Source of the DNA: Amphiscolops sp. MND2022
Lineage: Eukaryota
Length of the DNA stretch: 64,000 nucleotides
Direction: 5' to 3'
NCBI GenBank assembly: GCA_964187785.1
Contig: OZ076421.1
Coordinates: 20,522,001 to 20,586,000 of the forward strand
Shown here: in pieces, positions 23,610-34,298 of the stretch
Numbering within the stretch: the first letter of the stretch is position 1
Layout: every line of letters begins with the position of its first letter
The notes under the pieces: generated by a model
What the model saw: the letters and a program-made list of their open reading frames with translations, nothing else
What the model was told of the DNA's origin: nothing
Databases searched by the model: none
Position numbers and translations under genes: made by a program

Positions 23610-26291
23610 TCAGTCACGTTCGAATTTGAGTTTCTGATCTCGCAATTGACTGGCGCCAACATTGCCGGCCCTGTTTTTCTCCCGAAAAACACTTTCGTAG
23701 AACATGGGTGCCAGTTTCACTACTGGTCTTTTGAGTTTTCCATCTTCAGTTTTCACCAGCGCTGATCTCACTCGCCCATCGCTTCCATGATAGACTTCCA
23801 ACACTCTGCTGGTCTTGTAGTATGCTCTTTTTACATTTTCATCTACTTTCCAAACCAAATCATTGACTTCTAGTTGTCTAACTTCTTCTTTATTCCATTT
23901 TCCAAATAATTCAAGTTGCATCATCATTTCTTCCCATGATACAGCCGGCCCTATGAAAGGCCCATTTTCCGAACATGTTGTTGTTTGTGCTTTTGAAGAA
24001 CCCAATTGCGTTTCCATTAGCGATATTTCATCTGCGAATTCATCTATCACAATCTTTGCATATAGGATGCCAGTTGTCAATTGAACACTTTCAACCATTC
24101 CATGTAATAGGTTTGAGGTGTGTTCAAACTTCCAAGCTTGTTTCTTCGGTCGCTTGCGGTGGCCTTTGCTCAACTGAGTTTTATCCATGCCGTTAGCCTG
24201 TGCCACCGCGTCCATCCCAGAGTTTCCATTACCAATCCGAGGGTTCCACTCATTGTTATTACTCGGGATAGTTTCTTCTACAAGGCTTACTTTGAAGTCA
24301 ACATCAAATTTCTCTCCAAAGGTTGCAATCACGGTACGTGTTTCACATTTAGCATTGCATTCAACGGGTTTGTCATGTTTCGCTGCAACATGACATAGCT
24401 TTCGATACATTGCTTTTTCACTACAATCATCAAGCAGTGCAAATTGTTGCTCATGCACAAATCCATAACTTTTGTCGAATTCAAAACATTTGTTTCCTTC
24501 TTCAAGAAGTAGAGTACTGTCATGAAGCATCGTCACTTCAAATATTTTCCCTTGCTGTACATCCTGTTGAACGGTGAAAATTTCTGCACTCTCTTGCAGC
24601 AGTTCATGTTGGACACTCGATTCTCCCAAAGTTTGCTTGCTAGATGCGAATGATAAGAATCTATGCTCCTTCCTTGTTTCCGTCATTGTGTGATTCAAGT
24701 TCTCCTTTGTTTGACTTATCGAATGCTCACTCATGCCCAAGTGAATATCTTCTTCCAAAACCTGTTTGGTATCCACGAGGAGGGTTTCTGAACGGACGTC
24801 TTGCCGACCGTTGTCTACAATGAATGTTTCTGACAATTTCTGTATACATTCCGTTGTGATGAGCTGCGAGGTTCCTTGGTTTGCAAGTTTCACGTCTGGT
24901 TGTGATATTGCTTCTTTTCTGCACGTTTCGTTATCAGCTTCGGTGCTGTCTTTCCGATCAGCTTGCTCATCGGCTTCTGTGGGAGGTTTTGAGTCTCTCC
25001 TAAGAGCGGAGAACTTTCCTTCGTGAACTAATTTCACTGCATTCTCTGGTTTCGAATGAACTGATAGTGCAATATCGGCTGTTTCTGTCTTGTCCATGCA
25101 TCTTGAGACTTCCGTGAAACTGTCGACTGATGAGACACTTCGGACACTAGACCCTTGTCTGCTCGATGCTTCCTCTATTTCTCTTTCCTTTTCAGCTATT
25201 CTCGCTTTGCGGGCAAGCTGTTCATGCAAGTCAGCTATTTCCATTTGTATTGCTTCACGCTTCAGTTTCTCGAGTCGGGTTTGCAGTTCTTCTTGCTCTT
25301 TCTGAGCTTTTACTTTCAAATAAAGAACTCGTCTAGCAATTGAACTTTTCGAAATCACTGAGCTTCTGTTGCTTCTGGTTTCAACCAGTTTTGGATGTTT
25401 GCCCAGTTCCTCTATTTCCAATTGTCCAGTCTCGCTTCTTTGGCCTTGGACTTCATCCGATTTCTGATCTTCCGCTTTCTCTAATGCTAGAGGAAACAGT
25501 CGATCTCCATTAGACCACTTCGTGCTAACTGTTGGCCTGTTGTCTATCAGGATTGTTACGTCAGACACCTTACTGTTTTCTTCGAGTAGTGATGTCACAT
25601 CGTTGATTGAGTTTTCCACTTCAGATATGCTGTCTCTCATACCACAGCAACTTTCTTGTTCCTTGGTCTTTCTTGACCGTGTCAGTGATTCCTTTTCACT
25701 AGCTGTTTCTTTTACACAATTAGGTTTTGCCTGATGGACACGTCTTTGCCTCAACTTTCTTGTGCGAGGGCATCTCATAGCTGCGTCTGCAGATGTTCCA
25801 TTTGTCATCTGACTCAGTTTCAACTCTTTTGTCCCATCAATTGGACACTTCAACATTTGATGCACATCGGGGAACCAATATCCCCAACTCGATTCCAGTT
25901 TCGCAAAGCATTCGTCCCATTCAGTCACACTTCGATTGAGCTGTCTTTGCGTTTCTTCATTTGTAAGACTCAACATAAAGTCTACACAGAACAGCAATGC
26001 CTGTCTTCTCTCGCGGTATTCAATTACCCAATCAATCAAGTTTCTTTTGGATACAACAGCTGTTTCCTCATCGAGCTTGTCATCCAAGTCTTTTCCTAAC
26101 GTATGGATCTTTTCCACATGTAGGGGTACAATATCCCAATAGAGGCACCACGCGTACCAATCTGACGCATTTTCCAAATCTTTCGGTCTGAGCTCCATCA
26201 GTTGTTGGCTCTGCTTTGTGTTTCTTTCCTCAAACACAATTGCCATTCGAGGGTGGTGCATCATTTGCCTTTCTTTCTTTTTGGCTTTCAT
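23610..26291 (-). CDS. 893-aa BEL-derived fusion ORF (gag-like coiled coil, unknown region, integrase C-terminal DUF5641-like tail)
   Basis: Uninterrupted ORF with a Ser-rich plus coiled-coil segment (SSVISKSSIARR...EKEREIEE) and C-terminal KWNKEEVRQLEVNDLV...GSDGRVRSALVKT. No protease, YxDD, RNase H or DDE motifs seen. Confidence 0.7.
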   Translation of the reverse strand: MKAKKKERQMMHHPRMAIVFEERNTKQSQQLMELRPKDLENASDWYAWCLYWDIVPLHVEKIHTLGKDLDDKLDEETAVVSKRNLIDWVIEYRERRQALLFCVDFMLSLTNEETQRQLNRSVTEWDECFAKLESSWGYWFPDVHQMLKCPIDGTKELKLSQMTNGTSADAAMRCPRTRKLRQRRVHQAKPNCVKETASEKESLTRSRKTKEQESCCGMRDSISEVENSINDVTSLLEENSKVSDVTILIDNRPTVSTKWSNGDRLFPLALEKAEDQKSDEVQGQRSETGQLEIEELGKHPKLVETRSNRSSVISKSSIARRVLYLKVKAQKEQEELQTRLEKLKREAIQMEIADLHEQLARKARIAEKEREIEEASSRQGSSVRSVSSVDSFTEVSRCMDKTETADIALSVHSKPENAVKLVHEGKFSALRRDSKPPTEADEQADRKDSTEADNETCRKEAISQPDVKLANQGTSQLITTECIQKLSETFIVDNGRQDVRSETLLVDTKQVLEEDIHLGMSEHSISQTKENLNHTMTETRKEHRFLSFASSKQTLGESSVQHELLQESAEIFTVQQDVQQGKIFEVTMLHDSTLLLEEGNKCFEFDKSYGFVHEQQFALLDDCSEKAMYRKLCHVAAKHDKPVECNAKCETRTVIATFGEKFDVDFKVSLVEETIPSNNNEWNPRIGNGNSGMDAVAQANGMDKTQLSKGHRKRPKKQAWKFEHTSNLLHGMVESVQLTTGILYAKIVIDEFADEISLMETQLGSSKAQTTTCSENGPFIGPAVSWEEMMMQLELFGKWNKEEVRQLEVNDLVWKVDENVKRAYYKTSRVLEVYHGSDGRVRSALVKTEDGKLKRPVVKLAPMFYESVFREKNRAGNVGASQLRDQKLKFERD

Positions 26292-26656
26292 TTGTTCATA
26301 TGACTCTTTTGTTCCACTGAGGGCTTTCGAACTTCACAACTGTTTCTTGTAGGCTTTGTCACTTTTCCCAACTCTGCAATTTCTCAGATACAAAGTGTCA
26401 ACTGCTCAATCCGGTAATCAATCGCCAATTCTTGAAGAATCAACCCAATACTGTCGATTATACTTGCCTTCGTTGACGAACTTGATTGTTTCAGTGGATC
26501 AAGTCCCTCTGACTTGATCCCTTTGCTTTACTTGGTGGATTTACTTGCAATGACGTCTTAGACCAGATCTTTGCTTCAATCAGGAATACGTTCCCAAAGA
26601 GTACAATTCGTCTCAAAACTAGAATTGATGCACAAATACCTCCAGAGTGCCGCTAA

Positions 26657-26820
26657 AGCCCAACTCCCAGAGTACACAATAGCCCAATCTCCCAGAGACA
26701 CAGTAGCCCAATCTCCCAGAGACACAGTAGCCCAATCTCCCAGAGTCACAATAGCCCAATCTCTCAGAGTCACAATAGCCCAATCTCCCAGAGTCACAAT
26801 AGCCCAATCTCCCAGAGACA
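26657..26820. repeat. 24-bp tandem repeat (about 7 units) in the BEL leader
   Basis: AGCCCAATCTCCCAGAG(A/T)CACA(G/A)T repeated head to tail. Confidence 0.9.
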
Positions 26821-26891
26821 CGAAATCAGAGACTCCAAGACGCAGTTCTTGGGCAATCTTCTGTTGTCTACCAACGAGTCGTCTTCTTCTA

Positions 26892-26984
26892 GTCCGGGTC
26901 GTCCACCAACGAGTTGTCCGGGTCGTCCACCAACGAGTTGTCCGGGTCGGCGGACCAACGGGTTGTCCGGGTCGGCGGACCAAA
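26892..26984 (-). repeat. Four tandem 24-25-bp units, each containing a PBS-like motif
   Basis: On minus: TGGTCCGCCGACCCGGAC twice, then TGGTGGACGACCCGGAC twice, starting 2 nt after the 5' LTR. Confidence 0.85.
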
Positions 26985-29900
26985 TGTAACGGCTGCTTGC
27001 CCTTATCCTGCGCTGAGGCTTGACAAACTTTACGCCGCCCTGATCCGTTGCTTAGTGCTGTTGACCGTCACTAAACAATTCCTGGTTTCTTGTTTTAAAG
27101 GACTGTATCTTTTGGCTTGATGGGTCCGATGTGACCCGTGGAATCTCCTGCGATCCCTCTTTGCACTGAATTGGATCCGATGTGATCCTGCACACACACA
27201 CACTTCCCTCACTGTATCTTCACGCGCTCCGGCTCTCCAACTATGAGAGTAGCTACTTAGTCGCTCTAACTCTAGCGAAAAGTTGTGAAGATTGAGAAGT
27301 TGATTAATTAGTCTCGCGGTCCTGAGACCCAACTTGACTATAGCTATTCAGTGGAGAAAATCTCTATCTAATAATGGTATACATATGGTTTACAATTCTA
27401 CAGTAAATATAAGCAAATATCAGTTGAAATATGTTGTATAAATAAATGACATTTAAAGCATAAAATGAAGTTATTGACTAAGTAAACAAAGAATGTGGTG
27501 GTTTTGGCATGTTGGTTAGGTGGGTTAGAAAGTATGTTTACACAATGTAAATATCATTAATTTCAACAGAGATGAATTTCCTTCAAGGTCATATGAGAAA
27601 ATCACATAATAATTAAAATATCAAAATTGGGATTTCATGGGGTCCGACCTAGGTCACTTTGGGTGTTAATTGCTCGGAACCCAGGGGAGATACGGGGTAG
27701 GTTGTTAAGAGTGAAAAGTTAGTGTATCACCACCACTATATGTGTGCCAAGTTTCAAGGTGATTGAATCAGTGGTTTTCCGGGACGGGGGGGTGGTGTTT
27801 TTTTACATAGGGTCATTTTTGCTTAGACTTGTATTTTTCCATCTAAAATCTTGATAAATTTTCTAAGTGTTTTGAGTTGTAAGTTTCATCAGTCACGTTC
27901 GAATTTGAGTTTCTGATCTCGCAATTGACTGGCGCCAACACAGTGATTATTAATTGAATTTTGAATATTGGAATGACACAAATGTAATCGAAAGCGATAT
28001 AAATATAATGTGTACAGGTCACAGCAGGTGCCAGAAAAAGTACAATTTAGTTCACTGTCTGGCAGGTACCTGTCAAGTCTGCTATCTATTTTGACCTCAA
28101 TCGTTTCATCGGCTGTTGGTCAGCCGGCCAGCTGGTCGGCTTTCAGCCATCTAGACCTGATACCCCCGCTCGGCTGAAAGTCTTTTCGTATGCTGTATCG
28201 TCTTGAGTCTGCCCGATTTTTTTGTGAAGAAGTCCGCAATGTTGTCCGCTGATGAGACAAACTTCAAGTCAATTCCGTGCTCCCTGCACTTGACCGTGTC
28301 CTTGAGGAACGCTAGGCGGGTGGCGAAGTGTTTCGCCTTGTAGCCACCATCGTCCTTCGAGACTAGTGCCAAACACGATTGGGAGTCGCCGAGAATGGTG
28401 GTTTGTTTCGTCTCGCCAATGCACTCCAGGATCCCTTGTAAGTGAAGTGCTTCCTTAACCGCTTCGCTCTGTGCGTGAACCTCTGCTTCTGTCGTTGATG
28501 TGGCCACGCATGTCTGTTTCTTCGCTGACCACGAGATCGCGCCACTCCCGTAGCTGAAACAGTATCCAGTCACGTTTCTGCGGTCGTCCTTGCAGCTCGC
28601 GTAGTCCGCGTCTGAGTACCCTGTCAAGTGTGCCTCGCAGTTCCACCAGTATGTGATGCCCACGTCTTTGGTGCCCCTAGGGTACCGCAATACATGTTTT
28701 GCCGCCCGCCAGTGAACCAGACTATGATGGTTGAGGAACCTTGAAGGAGATGAGCTGCAAATGCCAGGTCAGGTCTGGCCGTCATCACTAGGTAAGAGAT
28801 GCTTCCCACTAGTCCTCGGTTGTCGCATTCAGCTATCTTCGAAACTTCCTCTGAACCGTCTTCCGGCTGGTCGTCTTTGCTGAGTCCACATTTTTCTGGT
28901 AAGGGAGTAGAAGCGATCTTACAGTTGTGCATACCGAATTTCGTCAGCAAGTTTGATATGTACAGCTTGTGGCTCAACGTCAAATAATCTTGTTCTGCTT
29001 TGAATGCAATGCCCAGGAACCACGCAAGAGGGCCAATGTCACCAATTGTGAACTGTTTGCCCACTTCTGCCTGAAACCATCGTCCAAAGTTCTCGTCGGT
29101 TGGACCATAGACGATGTCGTCAACCCACACCAGTGCCCAGTAATGATGGTCGCCCCTCTTTTGTGTCCAAAGTCACTTGTCGTGCTGCGAAGAGTGAAAC
29201 CCCAGCTGCCCCAGTCGATGCGATAGGCACTCGTACCAGTTGCGCCCTGATTGTTTGAGCCCGTATAGCGATCTCTTCAGTTTACAGACCATGTCGCTGT
29301 CGCCCTGCTCGAACCCTTCTGGCTGCTCCAGAAAAATCTCTTCGTCTTTGGGTGCATTGAGGTTGGTCTCTGGTTTCACGGCCAATGGATCTTTGTGATG
29401 TGGCACTTTGCGGTGAAATTCAACGAAGACGGCATTGTGACAAAGTACAGGGCACGTTTTGTGGCGCGGGGCTTCACTCAGACACCTGGCTTAGACTACC
29501 ACGGGACGTACTCACCAACGGTCAGACTGTCAACATTGAGGACAGTGATTGCGTGCGGCATGTGACAGGGCATTAAGTTCCGGCAAATGGATATAAAGAC
29601 AGCCTCACCTCGTTCGTCATCAAAGAATCGTACTCTTGCTGCATCGCTACTTTCCAGTTAGAGTCAGCCAGAGCCTCGGCAGCGGATCCAGGGACCGTCG
29701 ATGCCACCAATGCCTCGCTGTGTAGTGCCAGGTTCTCGAGCTCGTCCCCCATCACGAAGTCATCGAGTCGTCGAGGCAGTCTGGCGTTTCTCCGCTGTCG
29801 CCCTGGTTCGCTTCTCTGCGGCTGTGGGTTGTCGTCCTCGTCATCCATGTGTCCAGTGTTGGGAATTGTTTCGTCGGCTACTTCTACTTCTTCAACATCT

Positions 29901-32110
29901 GGTGATGAACCCTTCATGTCGTGTAGACCGTTGTCATAATGGATGGTCGTCTCCCGGCATCTATCGTGAGTCATTACTGTGGCGACAGATGTAACACCTC
30001 CTGGGAAGCAGTCCATGTTGAACGTCATGTTCCTTGATGTCCACACCTTGCTCGGGTTTCGATCAGGATGTAGCCAAAGCATAAGGCCGAGGTTGTTTTG
30101 GCAGACCCGTCTCGAGCATGCACCTGGCTATTCCTGTGACAGTGCCCAACACACGCTCAGTTTTGCCATTCTCCTGGGGAGTATAGGGCGCTGAGTACTC
30201 CTGCAGAAATGCTTTCTTGCGACACATCTCGTTGAAACCCCGTGATTTCTATTCTTGTGCCCCGTCTGGGACCAGTGTTCCAGGTGAGCCCACGTCCGCA
30301 ATGAAGAGTTCCTGCAACTCAATGACCTCGTCTCTTGTCTGCATTGGGTACATGACAGCATATCGAGAGTTGCTGTCAATGAAGTTGATTGAATATCGGA
30401 AACCCTGGTATGACTCCTGATGTATTGGCCCCAGCACATCAGTGTGAAAAATGTCCAGCTTTTTCTCCGCTCTGGTGCACGATGCCTTGATAACAGGTGC
30501 ACGCTTGGCCTTCTCTTCTGCGCATGTGTCAAAATGCCCTGCTGCTCCGTCCTTCCGGATGTACATACCGTCGACTAGCTTCGTTAGCCGTGCCACAGCA
30601 TTGAAGTTGTTGTGTCCCAGAGTCCTGTGCCACTGCACCAGGGTTCTGCTTTGGGCTGCATGGCTGCCCAACCAGGGTGACCAAACCTTGCATCCTCCAC
30701 ATCGATGTTCAATGCCTGGGAGATGTTCCACTGGGAGCGCTCTTGGTCCAAAGTTATACACAAAAGGAAGAAAACGAAGTGTATAGGTCATCACTGGTAC
30801 AAACCAAAGGAAGGAGGGTTCCGTGTTATGTCCTGATGTTCGCTTCCTTCCCGATTCTGACTATTGCACCCTGCTCGGCTAGCTTTTTTACTGAAATCAG
30901 GTTGCGGGTGTAGGTGGGTACCCAGAAAGCATGCTTCAGCTCGAGCTCACACATCCTGTCCTTGCTATCCAGCACCCCACATCGTCCTGTGCCTCTACCG
31001 TCCACTCGTGTTCGAATCCCGTTGGCATTGCCCACATCAGTGTTGAATGCCTCGTCGAGTTCCTTGAAGAGAGCCCTATCCTTCAGCATGAACCCGTTGC
31101 AACCCGAGTCCACCGATAGCTCGAGTCCTCCTTCCTCTGAAGCCCCTTCAAAGCTTCGGAAGCTGAAGAAGCCTTGCTTCTCTGGACCCCTGTTGGTGCC
31201 ACTGGACTGCCCCTTCTTGCTCTTGCACTCCCTTGCAAGATGTCCCTTCGCATTGCACTTGAAGCACGCCCTGCTTTCCTTTAACCTGCAGTCACTCGCC
31301 ATGTGACCCTCCTTTTGGCAATTGAAACACGTGATCTTCCTGCTGCTGTTGCCCCCGCATGAGTGGAATGCAGTTGAAGCCACGTCAGTGCCAGGCTCTG
31401 CCCTTGTGTTGGCAAAGTTGATTAGGTCCTACTTCATCTCTTCGTAGCCCTTTGGTGGTCCGAACTTGAGAACCGTCGCGATGCTCTCGAAAGTTCGAGG
31501 AAAGCCCTTCATCACCATCGCGCTGAACATCGCATTGGAAGTCATTTCTCCTGCTTCTTGAAGGTCCAGCTGTATTCCCTCAGCCCATGTGAGGTAGTCA
31601 GTCACCTTCTCCCCTGGTGTCATCTTCAGTCCAGCCAGCTGAGTGAGCAATGTCTGGATGCGGGGCCTCTCGGTGCTGCGGTGCTTCCCCACAATGGCTT
31701 TCCAGGCTTCCACCCTTTCTGGCATGTGAAGGCGGATGAAGTTGATTGAAGCCTTGTCCAAGCACTGAACAAATTTGCACCATACCATGAAGCGCTGCTT
31801 CTCCCGCTCGTCCTCTACGTTGACCGTGGCAGTTTCTTCTCCCCTCGTCTCGTCTTCCTTGTAGGAAGGCACAGTCAGCTTGTCGTCGAGGCATTTCCCC
31901 AGGTTGAGCATGTGCATCCTCGCCTCGAACTGCTCGCTGAACGCCGCAAAGTCCTCGTCTTTGCCAGAGAAGGAGAGCTACTCCAACTTCGAGTGGGTGA
32001 CTGTCATCTCAGCTGCTGACTGCTTGGCTCTACGTCAACTGGTTGATCTGGGCTAGTTAGGTTGTGATCATCGAGGTGGAGTTGGTCGTCATTGTATGTC
32101 AGTTATTGTT

Positions 32111-32123
32111 TGGGCCCATAACT
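32111..32123 (-). promoter_or_regulatory. Copia PBS of the internal (half-tRNA) initiator-Met type
   Basis: AGTTATGGGCCCA directly after the 5' LTR on the minus strand; matches the GGTTATGGGCCCA site known from Drosophila copia. Confidence 0.75.
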
Positions 32124-32561
32124 TCTCAAAATTGATGCAATGAATAATAATTGATTTGAATATTGGAATGACACAAATGAAATCGGAAGCGATATAAATA
32201 CTATTGTTCACAGGTCACAGCAGGTGGCAGAAAAAGTACAATTTAGTTCACTGTCTGGCAGGTACTTGTCAAGTCTGCTATCTATTTCGACCTCGATCGT
32301 TTCATCGGCTGTAGGTCTGCTGGTCGACCTTCAGCCATCTAGACCTGATACTCAAAATGAGGAACTTTGTCAAGAGCTTTTGCCATTTCTGCATACAATA
32401 GCTTTTGTTCATTTTCTGTAAAAAAGAAAGCAAATTTGTTTCTGGCCATCAAACACATAGAAACCCTGATAAAAGCCATCAAGACGCCAGAGCTAATTCG
32501 CATACACATTGCCCAATCTCTGAGGGTCAACATCCAAAAGTTTGCAGGTTTCATTTGTTTT

Positions 32562-34298
32562 GTAGTAGTAGTAGTAGTAGTAGTAGAATAGACTTCAGGG
32601 CGTATCCCTAGGAAGTTTTCCCCTTAGATAGTCCGAGTTTTAATTTGGTCGTAGTTTTTCAAAGATGTTGCAGTTTCCACATCTACATAGGAGTCTCCAT
32701 GTACATGTGTTTGACTCATGGTATTTCTTTTGAAAGAAGGTGTGGTAGACGTCGGTCAGCGTCGTTTTGTCAGGTTTTTGGTAGAAAGAGGGACAAGCGT
32801 AGATAAGGTAATTGTAGAGTCTCTTTGTGCGGGTAAAGAGGTTGTCAACTGTCTTTTGAAGTCGAGTCTGGGCAATTAGTGGCTCTCCTCTTTGAAAAAG
32901 CCTGGTTGAATCATATGCATGTGGCAAGGTTTCATTAAGTACTACGTCATACTTGTCATTGAGCATAGCCAGCAACATCAAGATATCGTGCATTTCCATA
33001 TAGAGACTGAGGGGGAGGAGCTTCAGCTCTTTCATTCTTTCGCAATAGCTTTTTTCTGGACCCAAAATGCAACGAGTCGCCACTTTTTGAACTTTCTCTT
33101 CTGTTGCAGAATTTGTTTTGTTTGGTAGCCATGTCTGGGAGGCAACGGTTAGGATGGAAACTACGTAGCCGGTACATGCGTTCAATTTCGTTATGATAGC
33201 ACATTTCTGCAAAAGACTTCGCTTGATTTGGAAAAAAGCACCCATTGCTTTGGTTGCACGCCTGTTACTGTTTTCATTCCAGCTAAGGTTGTTGCTGATC
33301 ATTGAATTGGAACATAGGAGAGCGACTTTTTCATCAGAGTAGCGCTTTGTTCTCCTCGCAGATTGAGAATTGTCGATTTCTCGATATTGGACATCATTTT
33401 GTTTGCATTTAACCAATTTTATATTTTCACAGGTGAATCACCCAGCTGAATTTGCTTTTGGGTTATGACTTTGAAATCATCTGCATAGCGAAAGCTATCA
33501 ACTTCATTTAGTAATTCAGGGAGATCGTTTATGAATAGTAAGAAAAAAAGAGGACCCAAGATAGACCCATGTGGGACCACACTCGTCACTGCTTTTGGAG
33601 TAGACCTGCTGTCCTCGGTACGATCGTATTGTTTCCTATCAGTCAGATACGATTTTATTATAGAAAGCAGCTTTCCACAAGTTCCAAAGTTTTCTATTTT
33701 CTGAATCAGGATGTCGTGGGGGAGGGTATTGAAGGCTTTGGCAAAATCGAGATATTAAACATCTAGCTGGTCTGTTTCTACTTTGTCATACATTTCATAT
33801 AATTGGTCGAGGAACACTAACAATCGGATTGTCGCTGATCTCCATCTGCGGAAGACAAATTGTCTTTCGTGTAGTCTATCTTTGGTATGCTTGTATATAC
33901 CGTCAAATATGACTTTTTCCAGTATTTTTGAGCAGCAGCATAGTAAACTGATGGGTCTGTAGCAACTTACGTCAGCCTTGTTGCCTTCTTTGAATATCGG
34001 CGTAACTTGAGAAAGTTTCCATGTCTCTGGAAAAGAGCTTTTATTGAGAGAGGTTTGGAAGATGAGAGTTAACGATTTACTGAAACTACTGTGGCATTTC
34101 TTCAGGCCAAGATTTCCAATTTTGTCATGACCCATGGATTTGTTCACTTTTAGATGCTCCATGATGTCACTGATTTGATTTTGATTCACGTTGAGTTGAC
34201 TCAGGGTTCCGGGTTCAGAGGTACTGACAAGTTTCAATTCACTTTTGCCAAACACAGCCACGAAGTAATCGTTGAAAAGTTTGCATTTTTCGTTACCA
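32562..34298 (-). mobile_element. LINE B (CR1/L2 group), 5'-truncated RT region
   Basis: (CTA)n tail at 32562-32586; motifs YRPISLLCCCSKILEK, FAKAF, FINDLP, YADD; C-terminal CTWRLLCRCGNC. Confidence 0.85.

Larger units (their letters stand above)
22709..27940 (-). mobile_element. Young non-autonomous BEL/Pao LTR retrotransposon
   Basis: LTRs 22709-23661 and 26985-27940 (TGTT...TACA on minus), about half a dozen differences noted. TSD CAGTG at 22704-22708 and 27941-27945. PBS TGGTCCGCCGACCCGGA. The ORF ends with the BEL-typical integrase tail RPVVKLAP...RAGNV. Confidence 0.92.
22690..32350 (-). mobile_element. Ty1/Copia LTR retrotransposon, decayed; 3' LTR interrupted by the BEL element
   Basis: 5' LTR 32124-32350; 3' LTR 22690-22708 plus 27946-28162; TSD CTCAA at 22685-22689 and 32351-32355. 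Domain order gag (two CCHC knuckles), protease (VDSGC), GAG-pre-integrase (WHRTLGH), integrase (FHTDVLGP), RT (LYGLKQSGR, WVDD), RNase H (YSDADYA...ADFFTK). Many stops and frameshifts. Confidence 0.92.
21543..32561 (-). mobile_element. LINE A (CR1/L2 group), 5'-truncated, interrupted by the Copia
   Basis: (CAA)n tail at 21543-21555 and C-terminal CTYQIYCDCQNCR. RT motifs TQGS/VNDLP/YADD at about 22450-22560. AKALDKVPHF (32356-32385) continues across the Copia TSD into QKVSTIGVGGCLL (22640-22684). Confidence 0.7.

Noticed and set aside
26657-26984. CRISPR-like array
   Set aside because: Units are contiguous with no unique spacers, the context is a eukaryotic LTR leader, and no cas genes are present.
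26571-27023. 150-aa and 135-aa ORFs with repeated peptides
   Set aside because: They are translations of the 24-bp tandem arrays and the LTR edge.
28151-32010. Autonomous active Copia
   Set aside because: Multiple stops and frameshifts, an internal inversion and clearly diverged LTRs.
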